From: Octopus vulgaris
Lineage: Eukaryota
Direction: 5' to 3'
Assembly (NCBI GenBank): GCA_951406725.2
Contig: OX597817.1
Location: 119,660,001 to 119,724,000 of the forward strand
Length of the DNA stretch: 64,000 bases
In this document: positions 13,496-26,398 of the stretch, piece by piece
How the letters are laid out: each line of letters begins with the position of its first letter
How positions within the stretch are numbered: position 1 is the first letter of the stretch
Made by a program: the position numbers and the translations under genes
The notes under the pieces: model-generated
The model's database searches: none
The model's input: the letters and a program-made list of their open reading frames with translations, nothing else
What the model was told of the DNA's origin: nothing

Positions 13496-15778
13496 TAATA
13501 TAACTACCATTGAATACATGTACTCACATGCAAATCATGAACTATCAAAAGAACTCTAAGCAAACCAGCAGAGTAACAGATAAAGTTTCTAATAAAATAA
13601 CTGAATGCAAAAAGGTATGTTTGCTTCCTTCTTTATATACTCATGAGTTTCCATCCACTGGGTAAATGAAAGCATATAGAAAGTCTAAACATTTTACAGT
13701 CTGACAAAGCCAACAATGAAATTTCAAAATTACTGTCAATCTCATGTGTGTCTATATGTATATATGTGTGTGTGTGTGCATGCGAATATATCTATGGATG
13801 AATGTATGGGTGCATATCTGTGAGTATGTAAATGTATGAATACATGTATATGAGTATATCCATATGCCTCTCACATTTTTTATCATCTTTAACTGAAACT
13901 GGATATTACTTTTTTCATGATTCATATTTACTTTTAGAATTAAGTCAAGAATTTACCATTTCTACAGAAAAATAGCTTAGAATTGTACAATGCAGATTTT
14001 GTAATGTTTTCTGATGTATATAACTTTTACTGTTTTAAAATCATCAAATTGTCTGCAATGGACATTGGGGAAGAAAAGATATATAGCTGGTAGAGTCAAA
14101 ATAATATCAAAATGAGAAAGGTCAATCTACTGAAAATAAGAGACAAAGAATATATTGACCATATTTACCAAAGATGATATATAGTGAACATTGTCATATT
14201 CTAAAGATTTTTTATCAAAACCATATAACAGGGAAAACATTGCAGACAAACTCTTATGATAGCTTCTTGAAAACGGAAAAAAATAATCTGTAATTATAGC
14301 TTATGAATATCTCTAAAAGTGGTTAGGTTTGGATTCTCAATGATTACTTGAAAATAAACAGAAATCAAAATTATTAGTAATAACAAAAATATGTGTCTAA
14401 GGCCTAACTTTGATATTTAAATCTTTAATATATTTTTATATTTATGGTACTTGTAATCTAGAGACACCATATTTCATTATGCAACCATGATATATACTAC
14501 GAAGTATATTAAAAAGCTTATAAGTCAATATTGTGTCCCTACAATTAGTTAATAGGTATGTACCAGCTGCCAGGAATGTGCTTAATATGTAAAATTGGTA
14601 CATCCAATAATGTTACACTGCTATATTTAGTGGCTATTTGAGCAATGAATTCGTGGATACTTGATGGGTTGGATGTGGTACTGAAGAAGGAGCAAGAGCT
14701 CCTGAAACTCTATGCATGTACACTCAATACCTATTTTTCCACCTTCGATTGCATTTTTGTTTACATTAGATGTACTCAGATATGAAACATCATAACAAAT
14801 CAGTGCTGGCTATAATTTCAATAGAAAATCAGTAAAGATAACCTTAACTTGTAATGACTTATATCTTCATATACAGTTCATTAATCCAAGAGTATGGGTT
14901 TACTTGGCTATTATTTATATGACAGAATAGCCTCACTTACCTCCTTAAGGAAATCATGTGTAACTTAAACTATTTGATATCAGTAATGGTTTGATCTTCC
15001 ACTGCTTTTAGCTGCTTTTTGAAACCAATAAATAAAAACACACACATTCAATTGCTTTTGTCATTCATATTTTTTAGATACGTTTACAAATTTGGGACTT
15101 GCTTTTGTCCAATTCTTAAATGTATAGACAACCATCAGAGATAACCAATAAATTTTGTAACCAACAAAATATAAGGTGGTATTTGAGATATAAATTTGAT
15201 TTTACTTTCTATAAAAATACTGACAAGTACTTAAAAAGAATGGTAGGACTTGCTTTATTTATATTACACTCATTTGTTTGACAACTAAAATTTTTATTAG
15301 TTTATCTTATATTAGTGTTATAATGTTTTCCAGAATTACAGTAAGTCTTCCCTCTTAACAGGATGAATTAATTACTCAACCTACTTTCGTCAGTTTCTGC
15401 ATAGGCAGCATTCAGAATCTTTTGGCAATGACCATCTATAAACATCAAGATATAACTGTTATATTGATGATAGCTATGGTTCTTAAAGATACTCCTACAT
15501 ATACTCCATCTTAAGGAACTGTTAGAAACACATGAGTTTAGTATCAATAGAAACATATTCTCATGGGAACACTTAGGTTACAACTGCTTATAACCAAACT
15601 ACTAATAGCTATGTTTATGTTAATATCCATAGTATCTGCCATGTAGTTAAAACATTTATGTCTAATAATCACTTCTATAAGTTACTATGTTCCAACATGC
15701 AACTATTTCCTGATGAAATTTTCTGAATAAAGCATATTCATGTCAATAATGGCATAATGACATAGCTAATATTATAAA

Positions 15779-16337
15779 CTAGCAGTACAACCTGGCTTTG
15801 CCTGGGATTAAGTTAGGTTTATTTAGCAACGACGTCAAATTTAGGTGAAATCCATTGAAATTGGTTTATATATATATATATGTGTGTGTGTGTTTCCTGT
15901 ATATATATATGGGCATAACACACACATACACACATGTACGTATGTACACTTATTGCATACATGTGTTTTGCATGCATAGATGTTCATGTGTGTGTGTGTG
16001 TTTGTGTTGCCCGTATATCAACAAAACACTTTTTTCCTCGATGGAAAAAAAAAAAGTCTTAACAAAAACTTACTCGTCGCTAGAAAGCGATTTAACAATG
16101 GATTGCAAACAATGGTGATTTCTCCGACTGGGAAATTGTTAAAAGCTTTGGTTGAAAATTTATTTTTGCTGCTATTCACTGGTACCTCTGGGAAAAATAA
16201 GCTGATGAAAATACAGCTAGGGTTATGATGAATGTCCTCCTAAAATTGGAGAGACGGGTGCTAATTTGTGGACGTGCATAAATTACATTCATGTACACAC
16301 ACACACACACATACTGCCTTTTATATATACAGATAGA
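15779..16337 (-). mobile_element. Non-autonomous Helitron, complete
   Basis: The - strand starts TCTATCTGTATATATAAAAGG and ends CCCAGGCAAAGCCAGG (CpG-decayed hairpin)-TTGTACTG-CTAG. It sits between host A and T with no TSD. Internal microsatellites. Confidence 0.85.
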
Positions 16338-16685
16338 TGTACAATAATATATAATCAAATGGATATATATATATGTATATATATATATATCCATTACTCA
16401 CATTATTTACTAGTATGTTTATATATAAAATACTATATATTAACATATACCATTATTGACTTTATGGAGTGTGTTACCTTTATCTGAAGTAAGGTGTGGA
16501 ATATCAGTGTTACAATGTCTATGTTTAAATTGAACTATTATACCATCTGCTAGCACACATACAGGAGTACTCACATATAGAAACACATGGTTCAATAGTA
16601 GAATTTAAACAACTAAAACATATGATGCACTCCACAACATCAAGTGCACACAACCACAAACAGATTAAAGATCCTGGGGAATATA

Positions 16686-17013
16686 CCGTATTTGATGGCC
16701 TATAAGACACCCAAAAATGGCTTTAAAAATCCCCCTGCATCCAATGCACTCAATGCAGACTCAAAATTCACTCAAAACGGTATGTATGTTTATAAAATGT
16801 GTGCCGCCATCTGTCAGTGAACAATCGCCTATGGTATGTTTATATCAAATGTGGATGCAATAAATTGCTTATAATTACTGGTAATAACATAAAGTTATAC
16901 AGGTAAGTGGAGGAATTAAAACATTATTTTAGTGGTAATTTATTTTACAAAAGTATAGCCTAGACTAGGGTGCATCCTATGCAGTTGTGCCTCTTATAAG
17001 CCATAAAATATGG
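16686..17013. mobile_element. pogo/Tc2-type (Tc1-mariner superfamily) MITE
   Basis: TIRs CCGTATTTGATGGCCTATAAGAC and CTCTTATAAGCCATAAAATATGG; TA at 16684-16685 and 17014-17015. Confidence 0.85.
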
Positions 17014-17319
17014 TAATCAAGTTGAATGCTTTAAGTATCAAAGTCAACAAAAACTATAAATTGTACATAAAAATAAGAACTGACTGAAACAGTTAGTTGT
17101 ACGCAAGAAGGTGAACATAGCAACCAAGAAAAAAAGCACATGTTGATGTATTCCTAGATTTATATTGTGAGTAATAGACAGGATGGGCACAACTGAAATT
17201 ACTTTGCTCTGAGGTCTGCTTGATTAAGGCTGAGCTAGTGTTGAACAACAACCAAACACAAAATAACTTGTTTATAACACTCTTACTCTATATAAGAGTA
17301 AGACACTAAGAGTCGGCTC

Positions 17320-17487
17320 AACCTTTTTGGGATCATATTGCTGTTGAAATACTCTAACTTCATTTCAGTTAATTTTGAAAATATTGAAGAATTTAATAAA
17401 AAAAATGAAGTAGGTTTAATTTAGATCACTTTAAAACGGGAAGTATTAAAACCAAGAGAGGTCTCAAGCCGGTTGGTATCAAAAGGA
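17320..17487 (-). mobile_element. Decayed piggyBac-type MITE related to 38266-38485
   Basis: Right end GGTTGGTATCAAAAGGA|TTAA is close to the reverse complement of the left end of the 38266 element. Confidence 0.6.
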
Positions 17488-19003
17488 TTAAACCATACTT
17501 ATAGGTTTAGGATCTCCAATCAAAACAAAAATATGACAAGACACATTCCCAAATTTCTGGCATGTATGGATGACTAGAAGATTCAATATCATAATGGTAG
17601 CCCTTAACTACCCACTGTATAGAACTATTGGATGGCATGGCTTATAATTTAAAACCCGCCAATAAAATCGTTGAGAATGAATTCACAATATTCAGAATAT
17701 CTTATGAAGCAAAGCAGTTTTATTTTTATTTTAAGTTTTTGACATGAGGAATCTTACAAAAGTTTTGGAAGAAATTAACATTAAATTAGTTGACTGAGTA
17801 CATGGTACAAATTGTTAAATTCAAATGCATCAAAAATTCTACCACTAAAACACATAAAATATATAATAAATAATTGTAACATTCACTCACAAGAACACAC
17901 TCAGGCACACATTATATATATATATATTTATGTGTGTGTGTGTGTGTGTGTGTGAAATAAATATATAGTAATGTCAGTACAAATATTCTTAGCTTAGTTA
18001 TCTGCTATGCATTCAATTCCTTTTCCCTTTTTTTTAACAAAACACAAATCTTTTCCATTTGACTAATGTACTATTCATTCCAAATATAATTTTCTTTTTC
18101 ATTCTCATTATTATTAGGTTGCATTTTTTTAGGTGTAAATTCAGGAAAACAAGCAAAAACATTGATTTCCAAAGCTATGACACAAAGAAATGATGTCAGA
18201 AAATAAGGCAAAAAGAAGAAAAAAATCACCAATGATATTTTGTGGTTATTGTTTTCCTGATGCTGCTGATGGTTGCACTGTTGCTATTTTAGTGTTTCAG
18301 AGAAAGAAATAGCTATTTGACAGAAAGCTGTTATGTTCTTTAATATGCTTAATATGTTATATTCTTCAATAAACTCGTGCTACAAGATTTCAGCTATGCT
18401 GTTGAGCAAGTAACAAAATTTCATGGGTTGAAACGTGGTTGTGTATTGAAGAATGAAAACTGATCAAAATAATACAAAAAAGAAAAAGAAAAAAATATAG
18501 AATTCCCAATTTGTGCTGGAAATATTTTTTAAAAGAAAATCTATTTCTATATTTCATACTAAAATAACTAAAAAGGAAAAAAAGTACATTTTTCTATAAA
18601 GGTAACTTTCATAGCCACTTTTTTCCTTCACAACAAAATTTTGGTTCTTTGAAGCATGGTGCTCATGGAAACTATATTTGGTATGTTAATAAGATGTGTA
18701 CAGTTCCTGAGAATATCGAACTATCGCATATCGAAGGGAGTATTACATAAATATCTTCAGCAAAATTATGAAATTTTACTCTATTTAAATGTGCAGAATG
18801 TTATAAGCTTCAGTAGCAGTATTTTAATATTCAAATTAAGCATATTAGAGATATGCTTCTTTTGTGATCTTTTCCCACAGAATGAATAAATTTATATAAT
18901 CCATACACACTCACACACATATATGCATATGTACATGTGTGTGAACATATATGCATTCACACACAAACATATTTTCAATATAAAATATGTGCATGTACAC
19001 ATA

Positions 19004-19045
<42 letters not shown>

Positions 19046-19440
19046 TATATATATATGCATACACACATATATATACACAAAAGTTAATCTCGATCTCCAA
19101 CTTCATATGGAGGTTATGTTAGAAAACAGAATACTGCAATATTTAACTTGAGAGAATATCTTATAATGATTTGTGGTGTATAAAAGCACTCGAAATTATA
19201 TTGCTGACAGATAAGAATCATTTGTTACAGATGCCAGAAGTGCCAGATCTGGTGGCCATAGTAGACCATTTTCATTTGTTGACAATATAATTTTGAATGC
19301 TTTTATGCACTACAAGTCATTATGAGAGATTCTCTCAAGGTAAAGAATGCAGTATTCTTTGTCCTAACACAACCTCTATGTTGAGTTGCAGATCAAGATT
19401 ACTGTTACGTATCATTGCTACTTCTGTCACTATTAACTAC

Positions 19441-19471
<31 letters not shown>

Positions 19472-19535
19472 TGTATGTATGTATGATGTATGTATGTATG
19501 TATGTGTGTATGTATGTGTGTATGTATGTGTGTAT
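19441..19535. repeat. (TATG)n microsatellite
   Basis: Directly visible. Confidence 0.95.
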
Positions 19536-20489
19536 ACTGAACTACAAAAGAAATGTCACATTGGACTGGTGGTCTTCTAAAACATCATTTGTGTTGGGTT
19601 TGTCAAAATTTAGGAATAATAAAAGCTATAGAATTATTGGAAGTTGAGATAGTGAGAAAAGGAATGGCAACTATTTGAGGGAAGTAAAGTGTCTAGTTCA
19701 GTGGCAGAGGGAGATTACTAAGGTATTTAGGAAGGTATGAGAGAAGATAGAGGGAGGTGGACAGAGTGAGAGTGGGGAACTGGTGGTCAAGATAGCAGTG
19801 GTTAGTGGAATAGTGAATGTGGGTTGGTATTGGAAGGAGAGTACCAAGGTATGCAGAGGTATATGAAATCGAATAAAGAGGGATGGAGAGATTGATAGTT
19901 TAGTATCAAAATGAGTAGGATAGTGTTAATTGCTTAAAGTTGAAGAGGAGAAACAGGAGAAGGGAAAGAATACCACTTGTGAGGATGGGGAGGCTAGATT
20001 TTGCAAAAGTAACAATGAGAAGGAATAGTTTAATAAAAAGGGTGGTATTAGTCAAGGTGGTAAGTTGCTTAGCTGACCTTGTCAGACCTCAAGGTTAACA
20101 TTAATTAAAGGTAATTATAGTTATGGGATTACATAGATTTAATACAATGGGCAAATGATGAGTAGAACCTGTGTTTATAAGGCAGTATTACATCTGAGAA
20201 GCTATTAAATAGTGAGGGGTTGTGGTGGTGAAGGATGGTTAGCGATTCCCTTAAACATTATTTAAAACATGTATCAGCATAATTGCCTCTATACTCACTC
20301 AACTGGATCCCACTTATAGTTTTTCTCTACCTTGTGTAAAGACATTGGAGTCTAATTTTGAATCTTTTAAGCAATACAAAGTGTCGTCTCATCTATACAG
20401 AGAATCTCTGGATCTCATCTGTGGAATATATGCATATATACACACACACACACACTCTATATATATATGTACTTTTATATAAATATGCT

Positions 20490-21479
20490 CAGAAAACAGA
20501 CTCCATCACATGCCAGTGGGAAAAACTAGAAGTAGTTGATAGCTTCCATTACCTAGGTGACCAAGTTAGTTGCAGGGGTAGATTCTCTGAGAGCACAGCT
20601 GCTAGAATAAGAATAGCCTGAGCAAAGTTCAGAGAGTTCCTACCACTGCTGGTAACAAAGGGCCTCTCAGAGTGAAAGGTACACTGTATGATGCCTGTGT
20701 GTGAACAGCTATACTACATGGCTCTGAAATGTGGGCTGTGACTGCTGAGGACATGCATAGGCTTGAAAGAAATGAAGCTAGTGTGCTCTGCTGGATGTGT
20801 AAAGTCAGTGTGCATACATGACAGAGTGTAAGTGCCCTGAGAGAAGAGTTGGACATAAGAAGCATCAGATGTGGTGTGCAAGAGAGACGACTGTGCTGGT
20901 ATGGTCATGTGTTACATATGGATGAGGACAGCTGCATGAATAAGTGTCACCCCCTAACAGTGGAGGGAACCTGTAGAAGAGGTAGACCCAAGAAGACCTA
21001 GGATGAGGTGGTGAAGCATGACCTTCAAATGTTGGGCCTCACAGAGGCAATGACAAGTGACTGAGACTTTTGGAGATAAGCTGTGCTTGAGAAGACCTGG
21101 TAAGCCAAATGAGATCATAGCTGTGGCCAATGCCAGTGTCACATAATGGCCCTGTTTAAAAGTACCTTTCACTTGTCTGGTAATATGCTGTGCTTGAGAA
21201 GACGTGTTGTGTCAAGTGAAATGTTGTTGTGGCCAATGCCAGTGCCACTTGACTGACATGTAAAAGGCACTATTTGAGTGTGGCCGATGCCAGTGCCAGT
21301 GGCACATAAAATGCACCCACTACACTCTTGGAATAGTTGACATTAGGAAGGACATCCAGCTGTAGAAACCTTGCCAGAACAGATTGGAGCCTGGTGCAGC
21401 CTCCAGTCTTGCTAGTCCTCAGTCAAATAGTCCAAACTATGCCAGCATGGAAAGCGGATGTTAAACGATGATGATGATG
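20490..21479 (+). mobile_element. 5'-truncated RTE-clade LINE: ORF C-terminus, 3' UTR and (GAT)n tail
   Basis: Translates, with stops and frameshifts, LEVVDSFHYLGDQVS..ARIRIA*AKFRE..KGTLYDACV*TAILHGSEMWAVT..RLERNE..LCWYGHV..RRGRPKKT, typical of the RTE post-RT region. The 3' UTR has GCCAGTGCC repeats and ends GCCAGCATGGAAAGCGGATGTTAAACGATGATGATG. Confidence 0.9.
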
Positions 21480-22939
21480 TTGTATGTATATATGTATAAA
21501 TACATGTTTTATATGTAATATTACATATAATAGATAAATGCCTCAATGTTACATGTGCAACTACTTTATTCTAAACAGATTTTTCAAGTGGCAAGAGACT
21601 TTTTTATTCACATACATATGTTTTTGTGTCAAAAGAAGGACAATGGAGAAGCAGTTAGGAAATGAACTTGTTTGGGCTGCTTATTAAAAAATGATCAGGG
21701 ACTGTTTAAATAATGATGAGGATAATAAAGATGAAAGTATATCATATATAGAAAAAAGAACAATGCTGATTTATGAAACCTCATCAGTTAATAGTTCTTA
21801 TAGGTTCTTCTATTTAAATGCTTTTGGTGTTTGTGCTACTTACACTTCAGGTTTTAAGGAATATATCCTTTTTCAATTGGTTGAACATATCTACTATTAT
21901 CTGTATATGACTCATAAAATATTTTAAAATATAAAAAAAATGTAATAGGTCTAGAATAATGTATATTGCATCAAAATATTAAAGCTCTTAATACTGATAT
22001 AAAAGCTAGATGGTCAATGTGACATTCAAACATAAAAGGATTTCGATACAAAGATGAAAGGGTGGGGGAGGTTCTTGTTCAGGGAGAATACAGACCTAAT
22101 ATATCTTTTGTCGCACAGAACTTACAAGTACATTCATACAATGAATTCCATCTTTACAACATTCACCATAGCTTTTTTGAATATTGAAGGGCAGTTAGCC
22201 AGGTTATTTTGATCTCTCACATGAAAGTCATACTGTCATTTGTATAGGAATTCAATGATATAAATATATACATATGAATGCCTATTTGTATGTACATGGA
22301 GTGTGAGATATACATACACGTTTTAAGTGTGTTGTAGGTGAGAATTGAATCACATCAAAGGAGGTGGATTCAGATATTTGTGAGACATGTTTTCTACTTG
22401 GTTATATTTTAGGTGTGAAATAGTTATAGCATACATTTCTTTTTTTTTTTTTTTTTCCTGTTGCCATGCTGAAATTTGTACTAGGTATCTTTGTTGAGAG
22501 TGCTTTGTGCAAATAATTCAAGCTTCCACTATAGAAAATCTTAAAGGTTTCGTTTTACCGAAGATTTTTCTTAAACGATGATGATGGTCCATTTAATATT
22601 AACTGGTGAATGTTTACTTTCCAAAGTTCTTTAGAAAGAAGCTAATGAGTGTCTTATTTCTGTTTCTGTTATAAAAGGTGAGGCTATGTTGATGTAGTGA
22701 GTTATGAAATACATATACTTTAAAAATCTATAAGTAAAGGTGGATTGAGATATTTCAAGAATCACAGAAATGTTAAACTATTAGTGGTAATATAAACTGA
22801 AGAAATACATAGCTATTACATCATATATGCATATACACATAAAAATATATATACTCACCCATATTCATATATGTATGTATAAACATACACATATACACAC
22901 AAACATCAAACATAGTCCATCCAGACATATTTGTTATTA

Positions 22940-23265
22940 GTGTGCCTGTACATAGATGTATATATGAACTTAAAGTGAAATTAGGTATAAGAGGACTTCA
23001 ATGTACTGTGCAAGAAAGAAGGCCATGCTGGTATGAGCATGTGATATGTATGGACAGTGATAGCTGCAAAAGGAAGCACCAAGCACTGAAAGTGAATGAA
23101 GCCTTTAGAAGAGTGAAACTAAGAAAGACTCAGAATGAAGAGTTGAAGACTAATTTCAAGATGTTGCATCTCTTGAATGAGATGACAGAGTACTGTGATG
23201 ATTGGAAAATACTTGGTGCCGGAGAAAACTTGACCACTAGTACAAGCATGGTGAATCATAAATGA
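22940..23265 (+). pseudogene. Older RTE LINE C-terminal fragment
   Basis: ORF text ELKVKLGIRGLQCTVQERRPCWYEHVICMDSDSC is homologous to 20835-20940. Confidence 0.75.
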
Positions 23266-23305
23266 AAAAGGGGAGTGTGATAGAGGCTTGGATATATATA
23301 TCTAT

Positions 23306-23703
23306 ACTCTTTTACTCTTTTACTTGTTTCAGTCATTTGACTGTGGCCATGCTGGAGTACCACCTTTAGTCGAGCAAATCGACCCCAGGACTTATTTTTT
23401 GGAAGCCTAGTACTTATTGTATCGGTCCCTTTTGCTGAACCACTAAGTTACAGGGATGTAAACACACCACCATCGGTTGTCAAGCGATGTTGGTAGCAAA
23501 CAAAGACACAAACATATACACACATATACATATATATACACGTATATACGACAGGCTACTTTCAGTTTCCATCTACCAAATCCACTCACAAGACTTTGGT
23601 CGGCCTGAAGCTATAGTAGAAGTCACTTGAATAAGGTGCCACGCAGTAGTACTGAAACTGGAACCATGTGGTTCGTAAGCAAGCTACTTACCACACAGCC
23701 TCT
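23306..23703 (-). mobile_element. tRNA-derived SINE family A (CORE-like), near full length
   Basis: The - strand has head GGCTGTGTGGTAAGTAGC..GGTTCCAGTTTCAGT, a GGCACCTT..CAAGTG CORE-like block, an internal microsatellite and a (GTAAAAGA)n tail. Near-identical to 26735-27085. Confidence 0.9.
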
Positions 23704-24260
23704 TATTTTGCACCCACTGAGTTTTTCCCTGCTGCTATTACTATCTGTTCAACCCTACCCAATTCACTTCCCAACACCACCCATGAAATGAGAAATACAT
23801 TAAATTTGTCCATTCTGAATCTCCACCATTACGACCAATTATATTTCCTAATACCTTTCTTCTTCTCCTCATACCACCTGAGTAACAAAGGATTGCATTG
23901 GACCTCTTGATATCTGATACACCCTTTCTTTTACACATGTACTGTGAGATAGCAGTCTCTCTTCCATTGACATCCATCACTTCCCACCTATTATTCACCT
24001 ATGCAAGCTTTCATCAACAACCACTACCACTTACTCTCCTTCTCACCAGCATTTAGTGCCTTTTCTCCTAATGCCAGACTAACAAGTGATTGCATGAGAT
24101 AAGCTGGTATTTGATATACATACCCTCCTGTAGCCATATCTGCCAGCAAATATATAACTGTCATTAGTGTGTCTTTCCTATTATGATACCTGATTAAAAA
24201 GAGATGAATCAAACCCAGTATATCTCCTGCCTCAGTTACTCCCACCCTACCCCAGATATC

Positions 24261-24349
24261 CATATGGCATAGTGGTTAAGAGCATGGGCTACTAACCCCA
24301 ACATTCCGAGTTCGATTCCAGGCAGTGACTTGAATAATAATAATAATAA

Positions 24350-24424
<75 letters not shown>

Positions 24425-24617
24425 TCATAATAATAATAACATCAAAAAATACCTTAGGAATGAGAACCCAGGTTCGAAATTTCCCCAAGACACCTGATGA
24501 AGGCTGGAGAGTATATCAGCCGAAACGTTGTGTTAACAACAAAGATGAGGACAAATATCCATCAAATGTAAATAATGTAAATAATGTACAAAATTCCTCA
24601 TCTCTTAAATATAGAAC
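24261..24617 (+). mobile_element. tRNA-headed SINE family D with internal (AAT)n and hammerhead-containing 3' part
   Basis: A box TGGCATAGTGG at 24265-24275, B box GTTCGATTCC at 24310-24319, (AAT)n at about 24333-24438, hammerhead motif at 24489-24534. No TTTT run within the element. Confidence 0.8.
24489..24534 (+). ncRNA. Type I minimal (Penelope-like) hammerhead ribozyme motif
   Basis: Stem I GACAC/GTGTT; core CTGATGA (24494-24500); stem II GGCTGG/TCAGCC; GAAA (24522-24525); palindromic ACGT mini stem III; predicted cleavage after GUU at 24529. Confidence 0.75.
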
Positions 24618-25091
24618 GTCATCTTAAGTGTTCATCACTCATGCCCTCTCTTACCAGATACCATTGTACTTCTGTACTGCTAGCCACTCTCTCTCGCTCT
24701 CTCTTTCTCTCTCTCTCTCCTCCCACTTGGTCATGCATTTTGACATCACTCACACTCTTACAGCTGCCCATAGTTTATAACACATCTATCAGTATGAACC
24801 AGGACAACACTGAGCTGTGAAGACCCTCTTTGTCTTACAGGCACAATACAACCTCACTAGTGATGGTGCTATGACAAATGATTTCATTACATTCTGTTAA
24901 ACAACTGCAAAACATGTGAAGACAAAATAGGATTGAGACAATATTTAGTTTTGTTTTACTGAATAGAAAATAACCTCTCTTGAGCTGCTATCATGATAAA
25001 ATGTAGTTACAATTAAGAAGGAAAACCAGCCATACAAACCATATCAAAATTTTAAATGAGCAATGTGTGATGATCCCATCACCTTCTAGGA

Positions 25092-25444
25092 GAGTGGTTT
25101 TCAACCTGGGTCCATATAGGCCCAGAGGGTTCATATAAGTATTTTTGTGTGTCCACATAACAAAATCGTAAACTGGGATGCACAACAGTATTTAAAGGAC
25201 CCCTGAAAAAATTCTGCTTTAGATGAATGTATCGGTATGTATTGCAAAAACACAGATAGGTTTCTTTCTCTAACATTTTAACATAGTTCAAGCAACACAA
25301 AGTTAATGCGTGAAAAAACAAAATAGGAATGTTGAAACAAGTTTCTATAAATCTACTTTTTAAACATTGAATGGCTATGGGGGTCCACCAGAATAAAATA
25401 GTAATCAAAGGGATCCATAGATGAAAAATGGTTGAGAACTCTTG
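25092..25444. mobile_element. hAT (Charlie-like) MITE with perfect 8-bp TSD
   Basis: TIRs GAGTGGTTTTCAACC and GGTTGAGAACTCTTG; TTCTAGGA at 25084-25091 and 25445-25452. Confidence 0.9.
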
Positions 25445-25936
25445 TTCTAGGATGTCAATTATCTCTGAATATGAACTGACTTAAACTGTGATGACCCCTC
25501 CAATATATGCCAGTATAGAATATAGATGTAAAATGAAAAAAACGATGATGATAATGACAACGACGATGATGATGATGAACACACACAAATGGAATTAGAA
25601 TCTAAAATCTAGATAAGGGAACTGTGGTAAAATTGTTAATTTAATAAAAAGATAAAAATTACTAATGATTAACTGGTGTAAATTTTGTCAGTTAAACTAT
25701 TTTGTTATAGGCTATGGTTTTAATTTGACATTTTACGCCTTTTTCAGTTTTGACATTCTTGTCAGCTAATGTTGAATCTTGTTTTAAGTGACATGATGGA
25801 GTTTTGAAGGATGTTTTACAGTTGATGATATTGCCATAATAAACAATAAACAATAAAATATATATTGAAGATGGAGAAACTCTTAGAAGTTTACCAAGTT
25901 TATTAATTGTGGTCGTAAAAAATAGCATACATTTCA

Positions 25937-26028
25937 ATAGATAGATAGATATAGATAGGCAGACAGATAGAAAGATAGACAGACAGACAGATAAAAAGAT
26001 AGATAGACAGATAGATAGATAGATAGAC

Positions 26029-26067
<39 letters not shown>

Positions 26068-26125
26068 GAGGTAGAGAGAGAGACAGACAGACAGACAGAC
26101 ACACAGACACACAGATAGATAGATA
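25937..26125. repeat. (TAGA/CAGA)n microsatellite
   Basis: Directly visible; accounts for the ORFs at 25692-26170. Confidence 0.95.
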
Positions 26126-26313
26126 CCCAAACACGCACACACACACACGAAAATAGAGAAGTATACTCAAAACAGGCAGTGGAATATACTTATTAAGGCA
26201 CTACCTACAATATATTATAGTTATTTATATTCAACATCTGTATATATCTCAAGCTGTCTTCTAAATGTCAAATACACCAACAGAGCCTCGTCCTTTATAG
26301 AGTAAATATCACA

Positions 26314-26398
26314 AGGAATTTATATCAATACACACAAAGAAACAAACACACAGGAATTTATATCAATACACACAAAGAAACAAACACACAGGAATTTA
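26314..26398. repeat. 38-bp tandem repeat, about 2.2 copies
   Basis: AGGAATTTATATCAATACACACAAAGAAACAAACACAC at 26314 and 26352, partial at 26390. Confidence 0.9.

Noticed and set aside
14941-15011. - strand exon with a consensus AG|GTAAGT donor
   Set aside because: All three frames from the nearest good acceptor contain stops. It could only be a UTR or start exon, with no further support.
15334-15340. 7-nt + strand microexon motif (TTTTCCAG|AATTACA|GTAAGT); similar 10-nt - strand motif near 34809
   Set aside because: Frame-breaking and expected by chance in AT-rich DNA.
19560-20420. Purine-rich stretch, possibly a decayed Penelope-like or other retroelement
   Set aside because: I could recover no protein motif or terminus by eye, so it is left unclassified.
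24261-24330. Possible functional tRNA gene
   Set aside because: A and B boxes are present, but I see no proper acceptor stem and no T-run terminator. It is a SINE head; the same applies to 950-1024 and 50235-50300.
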